A DNA stretch of 64,000 nt, taken from Blastocladiella emersonii ATCC 22665 (Eukaryota; Fungi; Blastocladiomycota). A program made the translations under genes and the position numbers. The stretch spans positions 1,054,001 through 1,118,000 of the forward strand of contig JANHCV010000012.1 in the NCBI GenBank assembly GCA_025594325.1. The letters are read 5' to 3'. How positions within the stretch are numbered: the first letter of the stretch is position 1; every line of letters starts with the position of its first letter. Below, in pieces: positions 23,159-33,622 of the stretch. The notes under the pieces are model-generated. The model was not told the DNA's origin. It was given only the letters and a program-made list of their open reading frames with translations, and did not search any database.

Positions 23159-23258
23159 GGAGCCGCGGGCGAGCGAGAACCGGCATCGGCGGAGCCGCGG
23201 GCGAGCGAGAACCGGCGTCGGCGGAGCCGCGGGCGAGCGAGAACCGGCGTCGGCGGAG
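23159..23258. repeat. 32-bp tandem repeat x3
   Basis: GGAGCCGCGGGCGAGCGAGAACCGGC(A/G)TCGGC at 23159, 23191 and 23223. Confidence 0.92.
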
Positions 23259-23449
23259 ATGGTGGTGGGCCGGCGACCGTCGGGACCGCGCGTGAAGTTG
23301 CAGCCGTGTGCGACCAGCCGTGCGCGACCAACGGACTCGGGTGAGGCAAAGAATGCAATGAAGCCGAGCCGGACTAGCCCATGGCGGTTGCAGACGTGGT
23401 GGAGAGGAGGGGCGAGCGCGGCGGGGTGGGGATGGTGGGCGAGCGTTGC

Positions 23450-25411
23450 TCAGCGCAGGATCGGGTCGAAGGCCGTGTCAGACTCCTGGAAGAACTGCTC
23501 GCGGCCGATGAACCAATTAAGGTGGTAGTACGGCTTCTTCTTGGGCTTCCCGTTGACGAGGTGCTTGAGGAACGTCGGCACGAGATGGACAGGGCCGACG
23601 ATGGCGGGAACGGGTACGACGGCAAGGGCGTCCTCGCGGCGCACCTGGATCAGGTGAGTGATGGCGTCGCGGGCGAGCATGGTGTTGCTGTTGGGCTTGA
23701 ACCGCGAGAACCAGCGACCGACGGCGACCTGGAAGCGGTCGTCAAAGCCCTTGGCGGCAAAGTCGAGGAAGAGGATGGGCTCCATGATGTTGAGCCCGCC
23801 CTGGTTGCCGCGCCGAGCCTGGGTTTGTCGCCAGGGAGAGGCGATCAGTAACGAGTGGTGTAAAGCGGCAGGAAGATAACAAGGCGAGGTTAAACGTACC
23901 ACAAAAAAGTCGTTGACGAGGCGACCATGGGACTCGGTGACGCGGGCCTTGAGGATCTCGACGATCGGCTGGCGGTCGAGGTCGCTCGTGCGAGGGATCT
24001 CCATGCACTGGAACCCGCGGACCTGCGACACGCGGCCGGCGGCATTGGTAAGGTCCTTGGGACGAAGCGCAGCGTTGGCGTCGCGGTTGCTGGGTGGCAG
24101 AAAAGGACAGGGAGCGAACAGGAGAGTGGCGTCAGTGCATGACTTCGAGAGAGGGCAGTGATGCGGGAGTACGTACTCGATGTCGAGCAGGACGTGCTTG
24201 GCCATGGCCTTGGTGAGGCCGCGCAGGAGGTTCGGGAACTTGTTCCCGAGCCAGTCGAGCGTGACGCCGCGGCGGGACCCGCGCAGCAGCGAGGGAACGA
24301 CGCTGAGCGTGATGAAGTTGTACTTGTTGCCATCCGAGTCCGTGAGCACGGAGCACTTGAACTCGCGGTAGAAGGCGCTCTTCTTGACGAGCTCGCGCTG
24401 CACGATGCCCTTGGGCAGCTTGACGAGCGGGCGGTCGGGGAACATGTTGAGGTTGCCGAACTTGTTGACAATGACGATGGCGGCGATCAGGTTGATCAGG
24501 TTGATGAGCGCGTCGATCTCGCGGTCCGAGAGCGCGGCCTCGACCATGCAGAAGAAGGTAAAGCGCCACGACACAAAGTCCGGGAACGGGTCCCACGGCG
24601 CGTCGGTGAGGGTGGGCGACTGCTGGACGGTGCGCGGGATTGGCTCGTGGCCAATGGGCACGGGCGGCGTCGTTCCCGGAACACGGTGCTTGCCAATCGG
24701 GAGCTTGGCGCCGTAGGCGAGCACGGTCGTGGCGGGCGCGGCGGACGTGGTTTCAGCGACAGGAGCGGGCGCGCCGTTGGTCACGGTCTCGGCGTTGGCG
24801 TCCTCCATGACAACGTCGCCATTGAGGTTGGTCACGGTCCCGGCGTCCTCGGCGGAGCCGACGCCATCCTGCGAGTCGTTTTCGGGCGAGTCCTGCATGA
24901 CGACATCCTGCTGCAACTGCTGCTCGAGCTGCGAGTGCTGCTGAGGCTGCTGCTGCGGCGGTGGTAGCGGAGGTGGCAGCGGAGGTGGTGGCGGAGCTGC
25001 AAACACCCCGCCAGGACCAGACGGCGCAGCGCGGCGGATCTCACCCGGCTGGTGCCCAGACGCGACGGCTGGGGCCCGTGCATTTTGGTTCAGGAGGGCG
25101 TCAACGACGTGGCAGCTGGCCTCGTGGATGTGCAGGCCCGCGTACGAATCGGATTTGAAGGTGCAGGGCGGGATACAGCTGAGGTTGGCGCGCGGGTTGG
25201 GCTTGCGCGGGCGGGCGCTCCGGCGAGGCGGCGCCGCGTACGGTGCGGGCGCGGCGGATGCGGCAGGCGCAGTGGAAGCGGTCGGGTTCGTTGCGACCGA
25301 CGACGATGACGAAGACGAAGACGAGGCCGGCGCGGCGGCTGCAGAGGCAGCGGTGGCGACAGCGGCCGCGTGGCGGCGGGAGACAGGGCGGCCGGGTTTG
25401 GCCGGCGGCAT
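23450..25411 (-). CDS. Plavaka-like transposase derivative apparently lacking its catalytic core
   Basis: N-terminal C2HC-like finger (CIPPC...HEASC) and a PWDPF...SDREIDALINL block. C-terminal block AVGRWFSRF...AIVGPVHLVPTF...YYHLNWF. These recall fungal Plavaka proteins from memory, and no central transposase domain lies between them. Probable 3n introns at 24176-24090 (87 bp) and 23899-23819 (81 bp). Confidence 0.65.
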   Translation of the reverse strand: MPPAKPGRPVSRRHAAAVATAASAAAAPASSSSSSSSSVATNPTASTAPAASAAPAPYAAPPRRSARPRKPNPRANLSCIPPCTFKSDSYAGLHIHEASCHVVDALLNQNARAPAVASGHQPGEIRRAAPSGPGGVFAAPPPPPLPPPLPPPQQQPQQHSQLEQQLQQDVVMQDSPENDSQDGVGSAEDAGTVTNLNGDVVMEDANAETVTNGAPAPVAETTSAAPATTVLAYGAKLPIGKHRVPGTTPPVPIGHEPIPRTVQQSPTLTDAPWDPFPDFVSWRFTFFCMVEAALSDREIDALINLINLIAAIVIVNKFGNLNMFPDRPLVKLPKGIVQRELVKKSAFYREFKCSVLTDSDGNKYNFITLSVVPSLLRGSRRGVTLDWLGNKFPNLLRGLTKAMAKHVLLDIEYVLPHHCPLSKSCTDATLLFAPCPFLPPSNRDANAALRPKDLTNAAGRVSQVRGFQCMEIPRTSDLDRQPIVEILKARVTESHGRLVNDFFVVRLTSPCYLPAALHHSLLIASPWRQTQARRGNQGGLNIMEPILFLDFAAKGFDDRFQVAVGRWFSRFKPNSNTMLARDAITHLIQVRREDALAVVPVPAIVGPVHLVPTFLKHLVNGKPKKKPYYHLNWFIGREQFFQESDTAFDPILR

Positions 25412-25800
25412 GATGGATGGACGGGTGGACGGGTCGAGTTGCGGGCAGTTACATGGGAACTAGTTTGGGCGTGGGCGGCCCAGCGTTGGCGTGCGCGCGC
25501 GCGGGAGAGATTGCGGCGCGGCGGCGAGGCAGCGACGCGCCGAGCACGTGATTGGCGCGTTGGCGCGTTGGCGCGTTTGCGCGTTCGGCGGCGTGCTGCA
25601 CAGCGGCGGCGAAGAGGGGGCGCCCCTCGCCCCGCCCCGCCCGCTCCCGCTCTCCCTCCCCTCTCTTGACTTTGCGCCTGCTCGGCCTCGGTCGCTTCCG
25701 CTCCCGCGAGACACCCGCCGCCCTCGACCTGCTGGCATCCGACCCACCCGCCCTCCACCGCCACCGTCACCGCCATCTCGCGTCCCGAGCGTCGCCCGTC

Positions 25801-27585
25801 ATGGCGTCGCACCAACCCGCGCCCGGCCCGTCGTCCGGCTCGGCGCCCGCCGTGTTGCCGCTCGACACGACGGCGGACGAGCTCCAACCTCTTCACGCTG
25901 GTCCTCAAGTTCATCAAGCAGAAGCTGGTCAACAACGCCTCGATCGCCTCGGGGACCTGGGACACGGCGCACGCCGCCTTCAAGGCCGCCAAGGCCGGCA
26001 ACATGGGCGTCCTTGAGCCTGCGTGGACCAACAACGTGCTCTTCGACGCGGCCGGCAACCCGAACACGATCCTCGAGGTGCTGCTCGACGGCGTCCTCCT
26101 GTCGTCCGTGAACTGTACGTTGCGTGCGTCTGCCCATCCCTCGACACGACTCGTACCCCTCATTCGCCCCTCCCCTCCCCCTCCGACCTTGCCCTCATAG
26201 CGAATGTATCCTTTGGATCCATCGCTGTGCTGGTGCTGCAGGAACTGGACGGGGCCGTGCTCAAGGTCAACCGCGCCCAGTGCTTCCTCGCTCTACTTCT
26301 CGCCGTGGTACGTTGCGCCTCCGCCATCACCGCCGCTTTCTTTCTGCAGCCTGCTCACCCCTGCGCGCGCGCGCTGCCTAGCTGGGCTCGGCCCTGTCGC
26401 CCGCGAAGGGGTGGGGTGACTTCCGCAACCAGTCGGACCGGCAATCCAACCTCACCAAGCTCCGCAAGGTCGTGGCGGAACCCGACTTTACCGAGAAGGT
26501 GACCGGCTTCTCGGTGCTGTTCCGCAGACGTGTGCCCGACGTGGGTACGGTACGGGCTTCGCGTGGTTCACCGCCCCGCCGCCGAGCACCGCCACGCCCG
26601 CGTCCGGCCTCGCCATCGCCGGGGCACCAGCAGCGGCCTCGGCCTCGTCATCGGTACCCGCCGGCGCCGTGCCCTTCTCCGACTCGGGCTACGCGGTCGA
26701 GATGCCGTCGGGCAACACGTCGTCGATGCTCATCAACCCCGGCAACCCGGCGTCGCCTCTTCACCTCGCTGCCCACAACGGCCTCGACCCCGGTATCTTC
26801 GAGCTGCTCGCGCGCAGCGGCAACGGTAGCGGCCCGGCCTCGCTCACCATGTCGGCCTCGACCTCGGCCGCGGTCCCGCTCCCCACCGGCGCGCCCTCGC
26901 TCGTGCCCGTCGAGACTACGACCGCGCCCTTCCCCTCGTCCCCGCTCCCTCGTGCCGACGCTGACGCCGACGACGATGACGAGGGCAGCGAGAGCGACGC
27001 CAGTCCCCTTCGTCGTCCACGTTCGCCGACCCCGCCACCACCTCGGCCACCACCACCTCCGCCACTGCAGCAGCGGCCTCGTCGTATGCTCCCTTCCCTT
27101 CGCTGCTGTCTCCGCGTCCGAGTGACCGACGCTGACGCTCATGCCATCGCCCCCACCTCCCAGCCCATCGCTCCGCTGCTGCAGGTGTCGGTGCCAGTGC
27201 GACACCGACCAGCGGGTCCGTGGTCGAGCCCCAAGTCGGCGCGGCACACGGGCTCACCTCGCCGGCCGCGGCCGTCGATGCTGCGGCTGCTGCTCAAGAT
27301 CCAGCGGGCGTGGTCGACGGCGAGACCGAGGCCAAGCTGCGCCAGTCGGCGGCGTCCAAGGGTGGCGTCATCGAGGACGACGAGCGCGCCGAAGACGACG
27401 AGTCAGCGTGGTCCGATGCTCAAGTCACGCAGGAGACGGACCCGACCAACAACGTCAAGAACGCGCCACCCGCGACGCGGGCCAAGTCGACGCGCGTGCG
27501 CAAGCCCAGCGCCAAGCGCGCGGCGACGCTCGCGGCGCTCGCCATCTCGATGCCGCGCAGAACGAAGACCAAGGCCAAGAAGTAG
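25801..27585 (+). pseudogene. Second (accessory) gene of the Plavaka-like element; 3 introns, 2 frameshifts
   Basis: Introns 26115-26200, 26308-26381 and 27084-27184 restore a GC3-rich frame. There is a +1 shift near 25882 and a 5-bp GGTAC duplication near 26545. Helical N-half, Pro/Ser/acidic C-half, basic end PRRTKTKAKK*. Confidence 0.65.
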
Positions 27586-27740
27586 GCCAAGGGCGCGCGC
27601 GCGCGCACACGCTGTTGACCGTGGGGTGGGGGCGGGCGAGCGGGCGGGCAGGCCGGCCGGCCGCCCAAGCGTGTTCCGATATGATGATATTGTATATATA
27701 TATACCCGAATGCTATGCGGATGACTCCCCGACTGGGTCA

Positions 27741-28100
27741 GGATCTGAGCGCGACATGGCCCGGATCCGGCGACGATACGGCCAGGATCTGAGCGCGACA
27801 TGGCCCGGATCTGGCGACGATATGGCCAGGATCTGACTGCGACGTGTGCCCGGATCCGGCCACGATGCGAGCGGGATCGTGACACGATCGGTGCGCACTT
27901 CGCGGCGGCATCACGGCAGCCTCTGCCCCGGACTGGGCGAGATCAGGGCAGGATCACGGCACGATCAGGGCCGGATCTGGGCCGGATACCGCCCCAACGC
28001 TGCCCAGACGCTGCCCCGACCCCGCTCGCGCCGCCCGCGCGGCGTCTGAGTCAGATCCGGTCCGCGTCAGGGTAATATCACAGATCCGGCCCAGATGCTG
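27741..28100. repeat. Right subterminal repeat array including a 44-bp tandem repeat x3
   Basis: GGATCTGAGCGCGACATGGCCCGGATC(C/T)GGCGACGATA(C/T)GGCCA at 27741 and 27785, a degenerate copy at 27829, and further CAGATCCGG units up to the TIR. Confidence 0.88.
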
Positions 28101-29885
28101 CTTTCTGGCCGCGATCGGGCCGCGATCGGGCCCCGAACCGCTGCTGCAGGTTTTGCGATGGGCCCAGCTCGCGTGTTACTTGTACGCGACGACGCTGCCG
28201 ACGTTCCCTGTCATCAAGAACTGCTTCCCCGTCTACTCGATCATCAGCATAGCGCAGACGTCCGTCATTGCGAGCTCTTCGAATATTCTCATGATCCGGC
28301 GCGTGCAGACCATCTGCATCCGCCGCACTTGGTTCCTGACCAAGATGGCCCCCGTCACAATCGCCGTAGCCATCTTTATGTTCCCCGTCAACCTCGCGGT
28401 CGGGATCCTGGACATGGCCGCGTACATTCGCGCCGGGCAAGATCTGGCCCGCTACGAGGTCTCGCGATACTTGCTTGCGCTCGGCGCGATCCAGGCCGGC
28501 TGGTGCGTCGGCTGCACCTTCTACGCGTACCGCGTCGCCTTTGCCGGCGTCAAGAGCACGGCGCCCGAAGGTCCAGGACTTGGCGCTCGGATCCGGGCCT
28601 TGATCACCCGCTCCAAGCATGACTCGCCCACGTCGCCGAACGGCGTGTCGTCGACCTTGCCGCTGCCCGTCTCGGACGGCCACGCGACGTTGGGTGGGTC
28701 CGCGCGCAGCAACCCGGACCAGCGCCGGCACACCCTGCTCGCGTCAATCCAGCAGACGTACTTTGTCATGACCTTCTCGTACGCCGTCGGCTGGGCCATT
28801 TCCCTGGCTGTGTTCGGCGGCATGAGCCAGTACCTGACCCTGACGACGCGGGCGGGGATCGCGGCCTCGCTCTCGTGCGGCGCCATCTTGCAGGAGACGC
28901 AGTTCAGACGAATCGTCCGGTCGCGTGTGTCCAAGAGCAAGGCTAAAGCCGTGCGGCCCGTTGCGCACTTTGACGACACGGTTGGTAATGCGATTACGAT
29001 GGGCGCGCCGATGCAGGTCGGGCAGCAGCCGACGCTGAAGCGGGAAGCAAACTACAGCGGGCCTATTGCGCAGTACGTCACGATTGCGCGTGCCGGGTCG
29101 CGGCCGCTCGGGCGCGAGGCGTGATCTAACGTTTGTGAATGATATTTCGCGAGAATCCGACCCAAAAAGCGTGGGCGTGAGCGCGGCCCCCATGCGAACA
29201 GAGTAACCTGCGCCAGGAGACCAATCAAGGTCATGAGTGGACCATCGTTGACTGAACAGCGGGAGTCGGAGCGATGGCGACGCGACGCGCTGCGCCACAC
29301 ACGTGCCCTAAGCGCCACATGGGTGGCTCAGCAGCGGTCAGGCACCTCGGACATGCCCGCACTTCACGCAATGCGCACTTGAGATGGCCCCCTCAACAGG
29401 CGACGAAATGGCGACTTCCCTTCGCTCAAAACGAGCCTCCGACAGCATCCCATTTTGCTTCAACCGACCTCGCCCTCATCACGGACTCCAAAACTCGTCA
29501 CAGCCTGCAATGTTCCCGGTCACAAATTCCAAGCACGACGAGGACTCGGACCGCGTATGTCTCCTCCTCACCCAGACACATGAAACTATACCGACTCCTT
29601 CCTGCCTTGAACGTCATCAGGAGGTTCGTTCTTCGAGTACTCTAACTCCCGCACGCGTTTCTGGTGACGTTGAGTCGCCAGTGCTCTCGCATTCGCGGAA
29701 TATCCCGGCGGCACGAATCGAGCATGAGGTTCGGGCGGTGCCCTCGCTTCAGCCTGCTGCGGAAACAGTCAAAGGCGAAAGCATGTGTGCCGTGACAATC
29801 GACCAAAAGGACGTGTTCGGGGTCGCAATGAAGGCTGCGGCCCGAGCGACTTCATCATTGTCATGACACGACGTGCGCGTCGGCA

Positions 29886-30353
29886 ATGGTTTCACTTGCG
29901 CGGACAAGCGTTTCTACCTTGGTTAACGACAGAAAGCCATCCTCTGTGTCAAACTCCAGGCAAGTCGCGCTGAACGGCAAGGGCGGAGCGCTTGTTGTCA
30001 AGGTTGCTGCCAGTACGTTTTTCACCGAAGTCCGCTTGATTCTCTGCCCTTGTCTAACATTTTCCATAGAAGCACCCCTCGAGCAGTCTCGCCCTCCGTT
30101 TCATTACGCCTTGATTCTCATCTTTCTCCTGATCGTCGGTTTCTTCGTGTGGATAGCCTGTGCGCACGCCCTGTCACTGCTCTTGTCAGTGAGCGATTTC
30201 AACTCCATCATGATTGGTCTTGCCATTCACTGCTTTGGTCAGGCTTGCATTTGCTTCCTGGTTCCCGACAAGTATTATCATATATCGTACTTTTTTTGGT
30301 TAGTCTTTTGGTGCAGCACGAGTCGAACCGAGCCGATGAAAATGATGATCTGA
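29886..30353 (+). CDS. Possible small membrane protein (hypothetical)
   Basis: Hydrophobic stretches (YALILIFLLIVGFFVWIAC...). The start codon is uncertain. Confidence 0.25.
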   Translation: MVSLARTSVSTLVNDRKPSSVSNSRQVALNGKGGALVVKVAASTFFTEVRLILCPCLTFSIEAPLEQSRPPFHYALILIFLLIVGFFVWIACAHALSLLLSVSDFNSIMIGLAIHCFGQACICFLVPDKYYHISYFFWLVFWCSTSRTEPMKMMI

Positions 30354-30510
30354 ACCTCACACTCGACTCGGGCGTCGTGTCGGCCAAGCCGTCCGTGATC
30401 GAAAGCAGCGCTTCTAACGTAACTCCTCCGCTGGACCTCCAATCGACTCGCTTGAGCGACAAGGCCCCGTCTGCTTTCACTCTGCCGCTCGCCGCGACAG
30501 TCCCACTCTC

Positions 30511-31017
30511 GTGCTTTCTCCCAGCGAGACGAGCACCGTGCATTCACCGCTACCACCCTCGTTCTTATGGCCGTCACAAGCACTCGGCGTGTTCAGCAAT
30601 CCGAGCCTCGCAAGCGAGCTGACCGTGCTTCGCTTCCGCGTCCGTGCGCATCGTGATTTTCCGGCATGGGCGCCCGCGCGCAGTCTTGCCGATCGACTAG
30701 CACAATCATTGCGGACGGCTCGATACGCAGACATGGATCTGTGGTGCGTTGGGCACGGCGATACGACTGCGGCGGTGTTGCGCGAGCAGAGCAGCCGGAT
30801 CTCGCGCTCGCTATGCTGGCCGGCGACCGCGTTCATCGCGTACGCAGCTCCACCAGGTGACGGACCTACGATAGTCGTTCACGCGCGTGCGACGGGGACG
30901 TGGATCGTGCTCGAGTTTGAGTGCCCCGAAGCGTATAGCGCGGCGGTTACGGTGCTTGCTGCAAGTGCGGCGCGCGTGTCAACCGGGCCCGCGAATCCAC
31001 TCGCGTCGATGTATTAG
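30511..31017 (+). CDS. Hypothetical protein or last exon of an unresolved gene
   Basis: Globular-looking composition. The stop is followed by an AT-rich 3'UTR-like tract convergent with the LRR gene. Confidence 0.3.
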   Translation: MLSPSETSTVHSPLPPSFLWPSQALGVFSNPSLASELTVLRFRVRAHRDFPAWAPARSLADRLAQSLRTARYADMDLWCVGHGDTTAAVLREQSSRISRSLCWPATAFIAYAAPPGDGPTIVVHARATGTWIVLEFECPEAYSAAVTVLAASAARVSTGPANPLASMY

Positions 31018-31196
31018 CGGTAGATGAAATAATTTTGATAACATTCTTTCAAGGTTCTCCTGACCTGGCGCGATTAAAGCCTCGTTCCGTCAGTCGTCTC
31101 AGCTTCGCGTAGCTCATCACCTCACGTGTTTTAAACAACGCGGCGATTGCCGGACGCTATCCAACCGCGCCCGAACAGATCATTACATTCAGACAT

Positions 31197-32655
31197 TTAT
31201 GCGGCCTCAAGGTCCACGGCAAGTCCACCTGGGACTCGTGCGAGGAACGATGTCAAATCAACTTCTTCCCCAGCGACTGGATCGGTTATGTTGGCGAGTC
31301 CGAGCCAATGTAAGCTTGGCAAATTGTGGTTGAGAATAGCCTCGAGCCCGACATGCGTCAAATACGCCCCGCTGATGTCGAGGTCCTTGAGATTCGGTAG
31401 CGCGCGCGACATGAGCGCGCACACGGCCGTGTCAGTCGCACCGGTACCGCATAGCCAGAGGCAGCGCAGCGTCGACGGCAGAGCATGTACGATTTTCTCG
31501 GCACCTTGTGCACCAAGCGGATTGTTTGAAGCATCAAGGCGTCCAAGCGTAGGAGGGAGAAGTTGTGCGAGAACGCCCGCTGCGTGCGCATCAATTTCGT
31601 TACCTGATACCGTCAGGGAGACTAGGCTCGCGGGAAGGCGTGGTGCGAGGTTCACGATTCCAGTCGAGCCAATGCGGCACTCGTGCAGCGAGAGCTCGTG
31701 CAGTCCCGGTGGCAGGTGGCTGATCAGGAGGTTTGTGCGACTCCCGCCCAAGTCGATGCAGGAAAGACGCAGCACTCGCAGCGATTCCGGAAAGTATGAG
31801 AAAAACGATTTGGTGTCGGCGTCGTTGCCGAGAGTATTGTACGAGAGATCAAGGGCCTTGAGCGCGGGCGGGAACGGCGACGGTGACGCGGCTGGGTGAG
31901 CCGCCGCTCCATGCGAAACCCAGTTCGCCTGGAGCGAGAGCTTGGTCACCGTTTCTGGGAGGCGGAGCGCACAAAGGATGGAAAACGTGATGTCGCAGTA
32001 CTCAAGGCTGACCGAATGGACGCAGGAGCAAGACAGGGCGCAGCCAAGTTGCTGCGCGCCCACCTCGGTGACTCGCGCCCCAACGATAGAAACGATTCCG
32101 CCGGTCCCATCAATGATGCGGGGAATCTTTCGTTGAATTTGCGCATCTCCCGGCGGTACGGGACGTCGCACGAGTCGCTAAAAGTGTGCATGGCATGAGA
32201 GTTTGAGACCGTCACAGGAAACACCTCGGACGTACATGGTTGCCAAGCTCATCCTGGTCCTCGTCGCTGCACAGACCATTGAAGTGCACGTGAACTTTTG
32301 GGTCCACGAAGCAAACCGGCAGTGGTAGCTCCGAGCGTCGCCACCAGTCAAGCGTGGCGTACGAGTGAGAAGCGCACTCGAACGCGGCGCCTGTATACTC
32401 AAGCGGCTTCCCAGAACGTCGCCACGCGTTGAGAACGTTGAGTCGACCGGTTGCACTGGCCTCGTTCATGGGCAAAGAGAGCAAGTGCGCCTGGATGACT
32501 CGGTGAATGTCGGGCGCCTGGTCCCGCGGCAGCACGCGGCTGAACTGCGACATAGGTTTTATGTCGTCCGGGTCGCACATCCACGCAGCAAAGCATAATA
32601 TATGATCGATGACCGTTGCAGGTAGTAGAGGTGGTCTGCCGTCCATTTGCTCCAT
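31197..32655 (-). CDS. Intact F-box-like / WW-ankyrin-like / LRR protein, 466 aa, 2 exons
   Basis: Exon 1 is 32655-32236, the 58-bp intron is 32235-32178 (GTACGT...TAG), and exon 2 is 32177-31197, joined GNH|RLVRR. Motifs LLPATVIDHIL, ASATGRLNVLNAWRRSG, TLDWWRRS, then LP.xL..LxL RNI-like LRRs. Confidence 0.85.
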
Positions 32656-33622
32656 GTATGGCCGTATATCACGCCTCGGTCAAGGGAGCGGTGACGCTTC
32701 CTGGCGAACCCTGAAGGTCGCGTGCGCGGCGCGTTCGGTGCAAAGTGGAGCCGTGACCTGCCTTTCTCCTGGCGACCATGGCGATCGCTACCCACTCTCA
32801 ATGGAATCAATGAAGACTTGATGCAAAGTGCTGTTCTTTCTGGTTATGACACCTAGGAGCGCGATTCTCTTTCAGAGGAGTCCTACGCTTTTCCCGTCCG
32901 CCAGACGCCAGTGGGGAGAGTCGACTCGTGCACTTGCCTCGCGACTACGCTGTGACAAATTGCGACAAATTTACGGTGGCTGTATGCGAGAGACGTGACT
33001 TGCGCGACGTCGGACACACGCTGACATGCGTCAAACAGGACGGCATCGCTCATCGCGCATCGCGTCTATCTTCGCTTCTACGACCCGCAGCCCGAGGTTA
33101 TCACCCGCTCACCTGTTTCCAACACGCACGACAAACTCACGGCGTAACATGTCGGAGACGGAGCTTGCCACGTTTGCCACCCAGGTCACTTCCCTGTGGC
33201 GCGTTTGTTGCTTCGTTCTGGCAACCCACCGCGCTCTCAAGCCGCCTCAAATAAGGCTGAATCACGTACCTAGCGAGCCCTGAATGACGTGTAGCGGTGC
33301 TCACGGACATTTAGAGTACGACTGCAAGGCTCAAGCGCACCGAGTTGATGCTTTGCTGAGAACTCGCACTCACACCTGAACTTGACGAGCGGTACAGCGG
33401 CGAGTTTATTACCGCAACCATCTTGCCTATGCCTCGAGTGCGCGGCGAATTGACTCGTCCGCCCCGATTCCCTTCATGTCGGCCCATCGAGAGGCTGCGG
33501 AGAGACCGCGTTGCGCAAGGTCAGCCATACACTTCTTCGCGTTGTTTTCATGGCTAGCGAGACCTTTACCACTGAATCGGCGCTTACTTGAGCAAGGAAT
33601 CAGGCGACCGTGTCAAGAAGAT

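Larger units (their letters stand above)
22308..28160. mobile_element. Plavaka/CMC(EnSpm)-like DNA transposon, 5853 bp, internally deleted
   Basis: Perfect 19-bp TIR: CATCGCAAAACCTGCAGCA (22308-22326) and TGCTGCAGGTTTTGCGATG (28142-28160). 2-bp TSD GG at 22306-07 and 28161-62. GATC-rich subterminal repeats at both ends and two divergent internal genes. Confidence 0.88.
22085..29124 (+). pseudogene. Seven-TM (GPCR-like) membrane protein gene split by the 22308-28160 element
   Basis: Joining 22085-22307 to 28163-29124 gives 1185 nt, an open 394-aa frame (...CSCAVA|AQLACYLY...) with about 7 hydrophobic segments and a polar C-terminal tail. Confidence 0.85.

Noticed and set aside
27741-27872. 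44-bp and 32-bp (23159-23258) repeats as possible CRISPR arrays
   Set aside because: They are head-to-tail tandem units with no unique spacers and no cas genes, in a eukaryotic transposon context.
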